In this document: positions 8,983 through 18,272 of the stretch, in pieces
Layout of the letters: each line of letters opens with the position of its first letter
How positions within the stretch are numbered: the first letter of the stretch is position 1
Origin: Alphaproteobacteria bacterium
GTDB lineage: Bacteria; Pseudomonadota; Alphaproteobacteria; CAAHEQ01; UBA3637
Assembly: GCA_045660045.1 (NCBI GenBank)
Contig: JAZRDB010000006.1
Location: 465 to 64,464 of the forward strand
DNA: 64,000 bases
Reading direction: 5' to 3'
Notes under the pieces: model-generated
The model's input: only the letters and a program-made list of their open reading frames with translations
What the model was told of the DNA's origin: nothing
The model's database searches: none
Translations under genes and position numbers: made by a program

Positions 8983-10251
8983 ATGCAATTACAAGATTTG
9001 AAACAAAAATCTCCAGCAGAATTGTTGCGTTATGCTGAAGAATTAAACGTTGAAAATGCGGCCAGTTTGCGCACGCAAGATTTAATGTATGCCATTTTAA
9101 AGAAATTGACAGAGACGGAAAACAATACTCTTTATGGTGAAGGTGTGTTGGAAGTGATGCAAGATGGATTTGGATTCCTGCGTTCTCCGGAAGCCAATTA
9201 TTTGGCTGGGCCAGACGATATCTATGTGGCGCCAACACATATAAAACGTTGGGGATTGCGCACAGGTGATACGATTTCTGGTGAAATTGTGCCACCTAAA
9301 AATAATGAGCGCTATTTTGCTTTGGAAAAAATCAATACTGTCAATTTTGTGAAACCAGAAGAATTAAAATATCGTATCAACTTTGACGATTTGACACCGC
9401 TATATCCCGAACAAGCAATCAAAATGGAACACGAACCAACAGGCAAAGAAGATGATAAAGATTTGACGGCCCGTATTATAGATCTTATTTGCCCGCAAGG
9501 TTTTGGACAACGTTCCTTGGTGGTGGCTCCGCCCAGAACAGGTAAAACTGTCATGTTGCAAAATATTGCGCATGCGATTTCTGCTAATTATCCAAACGCT
9601 CACTTGATTGTGCTTTTGATTGACGAACGTCCAGAGGAAGTGACGGACATGATTCGTTCGGTAAAGGGTGAAGTGATTTCCTCCACCTTTGATGAACCTG
9701 CAACACGCCACGTTCAAGTGGCCGAAATGGTAATTGAAAAGGCAAAACGTTTGGTGGAACACAAAAAAGATGTGATTATTTTGTTGGATTCCATTACGCG
9801 CTTGGCCCGTGCTTATAACACGGTTGTGCCATCTAGTGGTAAAGTGTTAACCGGTGGTGTGGATGCAAATGCCTTGCAACGTCCAAAACGTTTCTTTGGG
9901 GCCGCTCGCAACATTGAAGAAGGTGGCTCTTTGACAATCTTTGGTACCGCTTTGATTGATACAGGATCTCGTATGGACGAAGTGATTTTCGAAGAGTTTA
10001 AGGGAACCGGCAACAGCGAAATTATTTTGGATCGCAAAGTGTCTGATAAGCGTATTTTCCCAGCTATTGACATCACGAAATCTGGTACGCGTAAGGAAGA
10101 GTTGTTGGTGGCTAAAGATCGTTTGCCTAAAATGTGGATGTTGCGTCGTGTGTTGATGCCAATGGGTGTGACAGACGCGATGGAATTTTTAATTGAAAAA
10201 TTAAAAGCTACCAAGACAAATGATGACTTTTTTGACAAAATGAATCAGTAG
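8983..10251 (+). CDS. rho: Transcription termination factor Rho
   Basis: [16 protein letters not shown]-terminus, Walker A PPRTGKT, and a RecA-type core. The ATG at 8983 sits behind aaagga. The track start at 8938 (GTG) abuts the -10 element. Confidence 0.97.
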   Translation: MQLQDLKQKSPAELLRYAEELNVENAASLRTQDLMYAILKKLTETENNTLYGEGVLEVMQDGFGFLRSPEANYLAGPDDIYVAPTHIKRWGLRTGDTISGEIVPPKNNERYFALEKINTVNFVKPEELKYRINFDDLTPLYPEQAIKMEHEPTGKEDDKDLTARIIDLICPQGFGQRSLVVAPPRTGKTVMLQNIAHAISANYPNAHLIVLLIDERPEEVTDMIRSVKGEVISSTFDEPATRHVQVAEMVIEKAKRLVEHKKDVIILLDSITRLARAYNTVVPSSGKVLTGGVDANALQRPKRFFGAARNIEEGGSLTIFGTALIDTGSRMDEVIFEEFKGTGNSEIILDRKVSDKRIFPAIDITKSGTRKEELLVAKDRLPKMWMLRRVLMPMGVTDAMEFLIEKLKATKTNDDFFDKMNQ

Positions 10252-10261
10252 GAGGTGTCCG

Positions 10262-11758
10262 ATGCAAAATAAAACACAATCTGCAACTATATTGGTGGAC
10301 GGCAGTGTTTTGAAAAAAGAAATGGCTCAAAAGGGGCAAAAGCAAACACCTCAACAAATTATTCAATATCTGTCTCGTATGGTTCGGGTAGTTCGCCAAG
10401 AAAATCCTGGGGCCTTAGTTTATATTCAATACTATGGGGCCAGATTAAATGAACCAGTCAAATTGCCGATTTCGGGTGTTCCTTATGTTGAGCCGGAATT
10501 GAAAAAAGGATTGACACATCATAGTGTGCCTGGAGCATGGTTGAATAATACATGGGGCAAAGTGACTTATCCGCCCAATTTACCATGGATTTTGCGTGCT
10601 TCAAGTTTGAACAAAAAAGAATTAACAGATGAAGATTTTATTTTCAATGAAAAACCAAAAGGTGTGCTGTCACAATTGGTTGGACAAATGGCCGAATATG
10701 CTGTGTGTCACCCAGAAAGCCCCTTGTACGTCTATGGCGATGTGAACGATATGGCATACGCCATACATACTGCTCAATGGTTAGGGATGCAAGTCAAAGA
10801 AATAGAATTTGTTGATAAAAAAACATTTATTTCGGATATTCCAATACTTAAAGAGCCTCGTTTTTTTGACAAGGAAAGGATGTTGTACATAGGACAGAAT
10901 ATGAAGGCACATCCAGATTCAGATGAGTTTTTAAAGGAGCTGCGTGCACAATGTCCAGAACAAGACCGAAAATCTGTCTTGATGGTGGATGCGGGTGTTG
11001 TGCGTAAATATCTGGAACAAAAAGGATATGAAATGACTCCCAATAACACGCAAGAAATATTGAATCGGATTATGGAAATGTTGCCAGAACGCCCTTCAAA
11101 AACGGTTTTATATTGTGGGTTTGCAACGCCGAAAAAATTGGTTAGTCCCTTTCCTGGGGATGTGCGTGCCATGCAAGATGCCTCTATTGATAAAAGAATT
11201 TTATCTTTGCAAAATGTCGAATTTAGTGTGGGAAAAACAATTCAGGATGAGCGTTATCCGTTTATTTTGAAAAAAGACGGATGGCGGAAGTCACCTGAAA
11301 GTCGTGACTACAAAGATTTTGAGTACTATTTTCACCAATGTGATGTGGACGATCGGATCGCATATGATATTTCTTTATACAGCATGGATCCATCTGTCTC
11401 GCAATTGTATTTTGTGGCAACAGATGGGGACTTTGTGACGGCTGTTGAAAAAGCATGGCGTCGTGGATTGCCAACCCAATTGGTGCTACTGAATTCAAAA
11501 AAACATGATTTATCTTTCCGTTTGGAACAAGGCGTGCAATCAATGATTGAGATGGCACATGATTCACATGGCTTGAGAACACGCTTTGCAGAAGAAGAAA
11601 AGAAACGCAAAATTCAGCAGGTGCAAAGCAATATAAAGCGGAAAAAAATAGGTAAAATGAAACGCGCATATGCTAGAGCGGCAGCGGAAGATGACGACTA
11701 TAGCGAAAATATTGCTTTTGAGGTGATGCGTCAAAGACATGCACATCGTCGCAAATAA
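10262..11758 (+). CDS. Tandem NYN (LabA/PIN-like) domain protein with a basic C-terminal tail
   Basis: ggagg RBS 10 nt after the rho stop. The two halves are clearly homologous (ILVDGSVLKKEMAQKGQKQTP versus LMVDAGVVRKYLEQKGYEMTP). The second half keeps NYN-type acidic motifs (VDAG, CDVDDRIAYD, ATDGDF). Confidence 0.55.
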   Translation: MQNKTQSATILVDGSVLKKEMAQKGQKQTPQQIIQYLSRMVRVVRQENPGALVYIQYYGARLNEPVKLPISGVPYVEPELKKGLTHHSVPGAWLNNTWGKVTYPPNLPWILRASSLNKKELTDEDFIFNEKPKGVLSQLVGQMAEYAVCHPESPLYVYGDVNDMAYAIHTAQWLGMQVKEIEFVDKKTFISDIPILKEPRFFDKERMLYIGQNMKAHPDSDEFLKELRAQCPEQDRKSVLMVDAGVVRKYLEQKGYEMTPNNTQEILNRIMEMLPERPSKTVLYCGFATPKKLVSPFPGDVRAMQDASIDKRILSLQNVEFSVGKTIQDERYPFILKKDGWRKSPESRDYKDFEYYFHQCDVDDRIAYDISLYSMDPSVSQLYFVATDGDFVTAVEKAWRRGLPTQLVLLNSKKHDLSFRLEQGVQSMIEMAHDSHGLRTRFAEEEKKRKIQQVQSNIKRKKIGKMKRAYARAAAEDDDYSENIAFEVMRQRHAHRRK

Positions 11759-11762
11759 ATGA

Positions 11763-11794
11763 AAATCTCTGCCAAATAAAGCAGAGATTTTTTT
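11763..11794. terminator. Hairpin terminator between the convergent NYN gene and pckG
   Basis: aaatctctgc-caaataaa-gcagagattt followed by tttt. A-rich sequence on the other side makes it potentially bidirectional. Confidence 0.6.
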
Positions 11795-11802
11795 ATCCCA
11801 AT

Positions 11803-13611
11803 TTATCTGTCCAGCCGATTAGCACACAAAACTAATTCGGCATCTATATCGGATGGCAAACGATTGCCCTTCAAGAATTGCTCAAAGTACTCACCTTGGG
11901 CATTGACATCTTGTAACGCCAATTTTTTATCGACAGACATCAGCTCATCAAATTGTTTCTCTGTCATTGTCAGACCACGCCAAGTCATGTCCTTATAGTT
12001 TGGCATCCAACCAAGGACAGTTTCTTTTGCGCCGACTTTATTATAAACACGGCGGATAATCCACTCAATGACGCGCATATTGTCGCCAAAGCCAGGCCAC
12101 ATGAATTTACCTTTTTTGTCCTTTCGGAACCAATTGACGCGGAAGAATAACGGATGTTGTTTAATCTTGCCAAACATGTCTAGCCAATGTTTCCAATAAT
12201 CGCCCATATTGTATCCACAGAATGGGAGCATAGCAAACGGATCACGGCGAATTTCACCCATTTTTCCTTCGGCGGCGGCTGTTTTTTCTGACCCCATTGT
12301 GCTGGCTAAATACACGCCGTGTTGCCAGTTAAAGGATTGGTACACAAGAGGAGTATTGGTGGCTAAACGGCCGCCAAATACAAAGGCGCTAATCGGTACA
12401 CCAGCAGGGTTTTCCCAATCTTTATCGATGCATGGACACTGTTTTGCCGGCGCCGTAAAGCGAGAATTTGGGTGAGCGGCAGGCGTTTTGGATTTGGGCG
12501 TCCAATCGTTACCTTGCCAGTCAATCAAATGTTTTGGCGGTACTTTTGTCAGACCTTCCCACCACACATCGCCATCGTCCGTTAAAGCGACGTTTGTAAA
12601 AATTGTATTTGCGCGGCACGATTCAATCGCATTTTTGTTGGTTTCTGGATTTGTACCAGGAGCAACACCAAAGAATCCTGCTTCTGGATTAATAGCACGT
12701 AAGATGCCATTTTTATCTGGTTTAATCCATGCAATATCGTCGCCAACAGTTGTTACTTTCCAATCTGGCATAGACTTTGGCGGAATCAACATTGCCATAT
12801 TTGTTTTACCACAAGCGGATGGGAATGCGGCGGCCACATAAGCTTTCATCTTTTCTTTTTTGTTTTCAAAGCCAGCGATTAGCATGTGCTCCGAGAACCA
12901 ACCTTCATCCCGTGCCATGGTGCTAGCAATACGTAATGCTAGACATTTCTTACCCAACAAAGCATTGCCACCATAGCCGGAACCAAATGAAATAATTTCT
13001 CTGGTTTCTGGGAAATGAGTGATATACGTGTTGTCTGGATTACATGGCCAAGCGACATCTTTTTGTCCTTTTTTAAGAGGGGCGCCAACCGAGTGGAAGC
13101 AGCGCACAAAATCTTGGTTGCCTAAAACTGGCCACACCTTCGCACCCATGCGTGTCATGATGCGCATATTGGCAACAACATAAGCGCTGTCAGTAATTTC
13201 AATGCCAATTTTAGCAATAGGACTGCCAAGAGGGCCCATGGAGAAAGGAACAATATACATCGTGCGTCCTTTCATACAGCCCTTCATTAACTTCTTCAAA
13301 GTGGTTTTCATCTTTTTGGGATCGGCCCAATGATTGGTAGGTCCCGCATCAATTTCTTTTTTGCAGCAAATAAAAGTTCTGGCTTCTACACGTGCAACAT
13401 CTTTCGGATTGGAACGCGCTAAAAATGAATTGGGGCGCTTTTTCGGGTTTAATTTGATGAAAGTACCCTTTTTCACCAATTCGTTGCACAAACGGGAGTA
13501 TTCCTGTGCCGTCCCGTCGCACCAATAAATAGCATCTGGCTGGCACAAAGCGGCCACTTCCTTTACCCAGTCTAAAACTTTCTTATTTCTTGTTGGTAAT
13601 TTCTGTGTCAT
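11803..13611 (-). CDS. pckG: GTP-dependent phosphoenolpyruvate carboxykinase
   Basis: About 600 aa of the GTP-PEPCK type. It has the kinase-1a motif [26 protein letters not shown], and GDDIAW. Confidence 0.95.
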   Translation of the reverse strand: MTQKLPTRNKKVLDWVKEVAALCQPDAIYWCDGTAQEYSRLCNELVKKGTFIKLNPKKRPNSFLARSNPKDVARVEARTFICCKKEIDAGPTNHWADPKKMKTTLKKLMKGCMKGRTMYIVPFSMGPLGSPIAKIGIEITDSAYVVANMRIMTRMGAKVWPVLGNQDFVRCFHSVGAPLKKGQKDVAWPCNPDNTYITHFPETREIISFGSGYGGNALLGKKCLALRIASTMARDEGWFSEHMLIAGFENKKEKMKAYVAAAFPSACGKTNMAMLIPPKSMPDWKVTTVGDDIAWIKPDKNGILRAINPEAGFFGVAPGTNPETNKNAIESCRANTIFTNVALTDDGDVWWEGLTKVPPKHLIDWQGNDWTPKSKTPAAHPNSRFTAPAKQCPCIDKDWENPAGVPISAFVFGGRLATNTPLVYQSFNWQHGVYLASTMGSEKTAAAEGKMGEIRRDPFAMLPFCGYNMGDYWKHWLDMFGKIKQHPLFFRVNWFRKDKKGKFMWPGFGDNMRVIEWIIRRVYNKVGAKETVLGWMPNYKDMTWRGLTMTEKQFDELMSVDKKLALQDVNAQGEYFEQFLKGNRLPSDIDAELVLCANRLDR

Positions 13612-13673
13612 TTTATATCCCCCCTTAATAAGGGAATATAAACCAACCAGAAAAGAAAAGCAAGTGATTTTTA

Positions 13674-15047
13674 CTAATTGCGTTGGCTGCTGTTGGTGCG
13701 AGTTGCCACTAAATGGGCCGCGCGTTCACGAACTGCTGTGCGCATTTGGCTATTTTTCCAACGTTTGCGATCTGATGGTTCGTTTCGAACGTGGCATTCT
13801 TCTTGTGCAGTTTCGAAATCACGCGCCACATAAGCATCGGAAAACAATGGCCATTGGGTATTCAAATCATTACCTGTATTAAAAGCAATGTCTGTTGCAA
13901 CAGTTGCTGCGGCTAAAGGTACAGTATTTGTGTAAGAACCAAACATCACCGAGTTATCCGCAAAGTTAGTTGGCGCATGTGCTTGTAATGATTGTTCTGC
14001 TTTGGAAATAGTGGAAGCAGTTTTATTGGTAAAATAATTATCCAAAATACTTTGATCGTTTGGATTGATTGTTAAACCGTAAGTGGATTCATAATTGGCA
14101 GCCCTTTCCCCGTGATGATTTGCTCGTACATGTCTTGTCAGAGCTTGTAATTCAGCAACAGTTAATTGAATGTATTCTGCCCTGCTACGTTGAGCGGGAT
14201 TTGGATGGATGATTGTCTGAATGAAAGCAGAATTTTTAAAGTGTAACTGACGCAATAAATCAGGATGTGCTTCTAGGTTTAATCCAACACCAATGGTAGG
14301 ATGACCAAAAGCTTGGCCCAATGCATTGGTTGCATTATCCCAATAAATAAAATTCGTATTGCCTTCATAGGTGGACAAGGAATTTGTCATGCTGTCAAAC
14401 AACTGATAACGTTGAGATTGTTCAAATGCTGTTTGTGCAAAGTTAAATGTATTGGTGGGATTTGAAAGAGCTGTTATCAATGGTGTAAAACTAAACCATG
14501 TGTTTGTTCCCTCTATAACGCGAGTTAATTGATCTGTAGGAATATTTTCAGCCATGCGCACAAAATGAACAAAATTTGTTTGAGGCATATCAACTGCGTG
14601 ACAGACGTTATTTGTATCTGTGGATAATTTCTGTAATGCAGATGTGTATAACCACAATGTGTTTGTGGATGTATTTGTCGGCATAACCGATTGAATACTT
14701 CTGAACAAACGATTTGACACATTATTGGCTAATACAGCTTCGGCATCCGCCAAAACATTTGATGGGATCGGTTGCATTAAATCTGGAGGCAAAGCAACGC
14801 GTCCATCAACTAAATGTGTTATAGGTGCTGGTGCGGGATCGGGTAAATTATTTTTTGAGGACCGTGTCCCTTTAAACAACCCTAAACCACCCAAAGCAGC
14901 GATTGCAGAAATAATGGACAGTTTCGCCAAAACATGACGTCTTTTAGGAGGGATAAACCCTTTTGGCATGGGTCGAGGGATGAAAATATCTTCTGGATCT
15001 TCTTCCCACCAAATACCGTGGCGTTTTACGTAACGAAATCTAGTCAT
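13674..15047 (-). CDS. Membrane-anchored protein with a GH24 (phage/T4-type) lysozyme-like domain
   Basis: One TM helix ([19 protein letters not shown]) and an N/T/S-rich region. [10 protein letters not shown]...TIGVG matches the E-x8-D...T-I-G-x-G lysozyme core, and the later DIAFNTG resembles the lysozyme C-lobe. Confidence 0.45.
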   Translation of the reverse strand: MTRFRYVKRHGIWWEEDPEDIFIPRPMPKGFIPPKRRHVLAKLSIISAIAALGGLGLFKGTRSSKNNLPDPAPAPITHLVDGRVALPPDLMQPIPSNVLADAEAVLANNVSNRLFRSIQSVMPTNTSTNTLWLYTSALQKLSTDTNNVCHAVDMPQTNFVHFVRMAENIPTDQLTRVIEGTNTWFSFTPLITALSNPTNTFNFAQTAFEQSQRYQLFDSMTNSLSTYEGNTNFIYWDNATNALGQAFGHPTIGVGLNLEAHPDLLRQLHFKNSAFIQTIIHPNPAQRSRAEYIQLTVAELQALTRHVRANHHGERAANYESTYGLTINPNDQSILDNYFTNKTASTISKAEQSLQAHAPTNFADNSVMFGSYTNTVPLAAATVATDIAFNTGNDLNTQWPLFSDAYVARDFETAQEECHVRNEPSDRKRWKNSQMRTAVRERAAHLVATRTNSSQRN

Positions 15048-15113
15048 TTGAACCTCCTAGAATGACGATAAGCATTATATCATAAAAGTGTCAATTTGTC
15101 AAGAAAATATAAG

Positions 15114-15142
15114 TTGACTTTTAATAAATCAAGGCTTAGAAT
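15114..15142 (+). promoter_or_regulatory. Putative sigma70 promoter of oadGAB
   Basis: TTGACT (15114-15119), a 17-nt spacer, then TAGAAT (15137-15142). Confidence 0.45.
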
Positions 15143-15162
15143 CTTAATACTAAGGGGGAATT

Positions 15163-15324
15163 ATGGATCAAGCATTATTTATCACAATTGCGGGAATGGG
15201 TGGTGTATTTGGTTTTTTGGTGCTGTTAATTGGTGCCATGAAGCTGTTGGCCTTTGTCGCGAAAGAGAATGCAAATATGGATAAAATTGCTGTGGCCATT
15301 GCATGTGCAAGGAGAAGAAAATGA
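15163..15324 (+). CDS. oadG: Oxaloacetate decarboxylase gamma subunit (53 aa; not in the ORF track)
   Basis: aaggggg RBS. The product MDQALFITIAGMGGVFGFLVLLIGAMKLL... is a single-TM small subunit. Its TGA overlaps the oadA ATG (ATGA at 15321-15324). Confidence 0.65.
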   Translation: MDQALFITIAGMGGVFGFLVLLIGAMKLLAFVAKENANMDKIAVAIACARRRK

Positions 15325-17102
15325 AATCAAAAAAAATCAATGTGATGTGTACGGCTTTTCGGGATGGATTTCAATCTGTGTTTGGTATGCGCGTGCAAAG
15401 CAAAGATTATTTGCCAGTTGTTTCTGAAGCCGTGAAAGCGGGCTTAAACTATTTGGAATCTGGTGGTGGAGCCGCGTTTCAATCGGCTTTTTTCTATTTA
15501 AATGAAAATGCATTTGATGTCATGGATGCGTTCCGTAAGGCGGCTGGCTCTAAGGCGAATTTGCAAACATTGGCGCGCGGTGTGAATGTGGTGGCATTGG
15601 ATTCTATGAGTTCTGACTTGATTAAATTGCATGCAGAATTGTTTAAAAAACACGGCGTGACAACGGTGCGTAATTTTGATGCATTAAACGATCCAAACAA
15701 TTTGAAATATAGTGCCGAGTGTATCAAAAAAGCGGGTATGAAGCATCAATTGGCAATTGCCATGATGAGTTTGCCTCCTAAGTTAACGGGGGCGCATACA
15801 GCTGAGTTTTATGCAAACAGATTAAAATCGTTTATAAAGGCAAAGATTCCCTTTGATTCGTTGGCCTTTAAGGATGCAAGTGGTACAGGTACACCGCAAA
15901 CAGTTTATGAAACCATTAAAGCAGCGCGCAAAATTGTGGGACCAAGATGTCCGATTACTTATCATTCTCACGAAACGGCCGGAACGGGTCTTGCTTGCTA
16001 TTTAGCGGCGATTGAAGCAGGTGCGGATACGGTGGATTTGTCTTTGGCGCCTGTGTCGGGTGGCACATGTCAGCCGGATGTTGTATCTATGTGGCATGCT
16101 TTACGTGGTAAACCGTATGAATTAATGTGTGATGTGGATAAAGTCTTGCGCGTTGAAGAAGATTTAAAGGCTGTGTTAAGCAAGTATTATTTACCGCCGG
16201 AAGCGTTGCATGTGGATCCGCGAATTCCGTTTTCGCCAATGCCTGGTGGAGCGTTGACGGCCAATACACAAATGTTGCGCGATAATAACATTATGGATAA
16301 ATACAATGAGATTATTGATGCGATGCAGGAAGTGGTGCAAAAAGGTGGTTTTGGGACTTCTGTGACACCAGTCAGTCAATTTTATTTCCAACAAGCTTTT
16401 AACAATGTGATGTATGGTAAGTGGAAAAAAATTGCCGAAGGTTATGGCAAGATGGTCTTGGGATATTTTGGAAAAACACCGGTGGCGCCGGATCCAAAAG
16501 TGGTGAAAGTTGCCGCGGATCAGTTGGGATTAAAACCAACAATGGAGACAGTGTTGGCATTGAATGATAAAAATCCAAACAAATCCAAAGCGCATTATAT
16601 GCAGCAATTAAAAGAAGCGGGTTTGCCAACCACCAACGAAAACATTTTTATTGCAGCGGCTTGCGGCCAAAAAGGAATTGATTTCTTGCTGGGGAAAGGC
16701 AAAGTGGCTGTGCGTTTGAATGAGCCTAAAGAAGCTCCGAAATCAAATGATTCTGTCATCACAATCAATGGTGAAAAATTTGAAGTGAAGTTTGATGGCA
16801 ACAAAGCCATTGTGAACGGCAAAGAATACACGATTGGTGAAACACAAACGGAATCCCAGAAGGTTGAACAGAAAGTTGTTTCTGGTGGGGCTGGTGGTGT
16901 GATTACCGCACCAATGCCGGGAACTGTGACACAAGTTTTGGTGGCCGAAGGGCAAGCCGTGAAAGATGGTGATACATTGGTTGTGGTGGAAGTGATGAAA
17001 ATGGAAACGCCAATCAAAGCCACAACAGCAGGTACGATTAAACGGTTGTTTGTGAAAAAAGGCGATAACATCAAAACGGGCGACAAAGTCGCGGAGGTGT
17101 AA
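15321..17102 (+). CDS. oadA: Oxaloacetate decarboxylase alpha subunit (carboxyltransferase plus biotinyl domain)
   Basis: HMGL-like/5S carboxyltransferase N-domain (FRDGFQS, HSHETAGTG) and C-terminal biotinyl-lysine motif VVEVMKMETPI. The ATG at 15321 is preferred because of aaggag. Confidence 0.9.
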   Translation: MKSKKINVMCTAFRDGFQSVFGMRVQSKDYLPVVSEAVKAGLNYLESGGGAAFQSAFFYLNENAFDVMDAFRKAAGSKANLQTLARGVNVVALDSMSSDLIKLHAELFKKHGVTTVRNFDALNDPNNLKYSAECIKKAGMKHQLAIAMMSLPPKLTGAHTAEFYANRLKSFIKAKIPFDSLAFKDASGTGTPQTVYETIKAARKIVGPRCPITYHSHETAGTGLACYLAAIEAGADTVDLSLAPVSGGTCQPDVVSMWHALRGKPYELMCDVDKVLRVEEDLKAVLSKYYLPPEALHVDPRIPFSPMPGGALTANTQMLRDNNIMDKYNEIIDAMQEVVQKGGFGTSVTPVSQFYFQQAFNNVMYGKWKKIAEGYGKMVLGYFGKTPVAPDPKVVKVAADQLGLKPTMETVLALNDKNPNKSKAHYMQQLKEAGLPTTNENIFIAAACGQKGIDFLLGKGKVAVRLNEPKEAPKSNDSVITINGEKFEVKFDGNKAIVNGKEYTIGETQTESQKVEQKVVSGGAGGVITAPMPGTVTQVLVAEGQAVKDGDTLVVVEVMKMETPIKATTAGTIKRLFVKKGDNIKTGDKVAEV

Positions 17103-18230
17103 ATGAATGCAGTGATTGATAGTTTGGGTTTGATGCATATTACGGCGGGACAAGGCATTATGATGCTGATTTGCTTTGTGCTGCTTTATTTGGGTATCAA
17201 AAAACAATTTGAACCGCTTTTGTTGATTCCGATTGCGATTGGTGGATTGCTTTCAAATTGTCCCGGTGCAGGAATGACACAAGAGGGTGGATTGCTTTAT
17301 TATATGTATCATGCAGGCATTGAAACGGGCATTTTCCCGCTTTTGATTTTTATGGGGGTTGGCGCAATGATCGATTTTGGGCCAATGCTTGCCAATCCAA
17401 AAACAGCACTTTTAGGCGGTGCGGCACAATTTGCGATTTTTGGAACATTTCTGGGGGCTTTATCTATTGGCCATTTATTTCCAGATTTAGCAATGACGTT
17501 GCAACAAGCGGCCAGCATTGCCATTATTGGGGGGGCCGATGGACCGACATCCATTTTTTTGGCGGGTAAATTAGCGCCTGAATTATTAGGAGCAATTGCA
17601 GTGGCGGCCTATTCCTATATGGCTTTGGTGCCTGTGATCCAACCACCGATTATGCGTTTATGTACACCGAAAAAACAGCGCTCAATTCAAATGGAACAAC
17701 TACGTGAAGTTAGCAAGACTGAGAAAATTATTTTTCCAATTATGGTAATTGTTTTGACAGCGTTGTTTATTCCTTTGGCTATTCCATTGATTGGGATGTT
17801 GATGTTTGGAAACTTGTTGAAAGAATCAGGTGTGGCCGATCGTTTGGCCAAGGGTGCCAGTAATGAGATGATGAATATTGTCACGATTTTGTTGGGTATT
17901 TCCGTTGGATCCAAATTGTCGGCAGATTTATTTTTGCGGGGGCAGACATTAATTGTGCTGGCTCTTGGTGTTGTGGCATTTTGTATTGGAACGGCCAGTG
18001 GTGTGTTGATGGCTCGGTTTTTGAACCTGTTTACAAAAAATAAAATCAACCCATTGATCGGATCAGCAGGTGTCAGCGCTATCCCAATGGCAGCAAGGGT
18101 TAGTGAGAAGTTGGGACAGAAGGAAAATCCGAACAATCACCTTTTGATGCATGCAATGGGCGCCAATGTGGCGGGAAGTATCGGTTCTGCTATTGCTGCG
18201 GGTATTTTGTTAGCCCTTTGTGCCGGATAA
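17103..18230 (+). CDS. oadB: Na+-transporting decarboxylase beta subunit
   Basis: Polytopic membrane protein of the OadB family ([25 protein letters not shown]). It starts immediately after the oadA stop. Confidence 0.9.
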   Translation: MNAVIDSLGLMHITAGQGIMMLICFVLLYLGIKKQFEPLLLIPIAIGGLLSNCPGAGMTQEGGLLYYMYHAGIETGIFPLLIFMGVGAMIDFGPMLANPKTALLGGAAQFAIFGTFLGALSIGHLFPDLAMTLQQAASIAIIGGADGPTSIFLAGKLAPELLGAIAVAAYSYMALVPVIQPPIMRLCTPKKQRSIQMEQLREVSKTEKIIFPIMVIVLTALFIPLAIPLIGMLMFGNLLKESGVADRLAKGASNEMMNIVTILLGISVGSKLSADLFLRGQTLIVLALGVVAFCIGTASGVLMARFLNLFTKNKINPLIGSAGVSAIPMAARVSEKLGQKENPNNHLLMHAMGANVAGSIGSAIAAGILLALCAG

Positions 18231-18272
18231 AAAAACTGTTGCAATTTTTATTGGTTTTATTAAAATAAAAAC

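Noticed and set aside
15096-15284. 62-aa plus-strand ORF (MSRKYKLTFNK...) upstream of oadA
   Set aside because: It is in a different frame from the 53-codon oadG reading (15163-15324). oadG has an RBS, an OadG-like single TM helix, and an ATGA junction with oadA. This ORF has none of these.
16595-17207. 187-aa and 154-aa minus-strand ORFs over the oadA/oadB junction
   Set aside because: They are fully nested antisense to strongly supported oadA and oadB frames, with no signals of their own.
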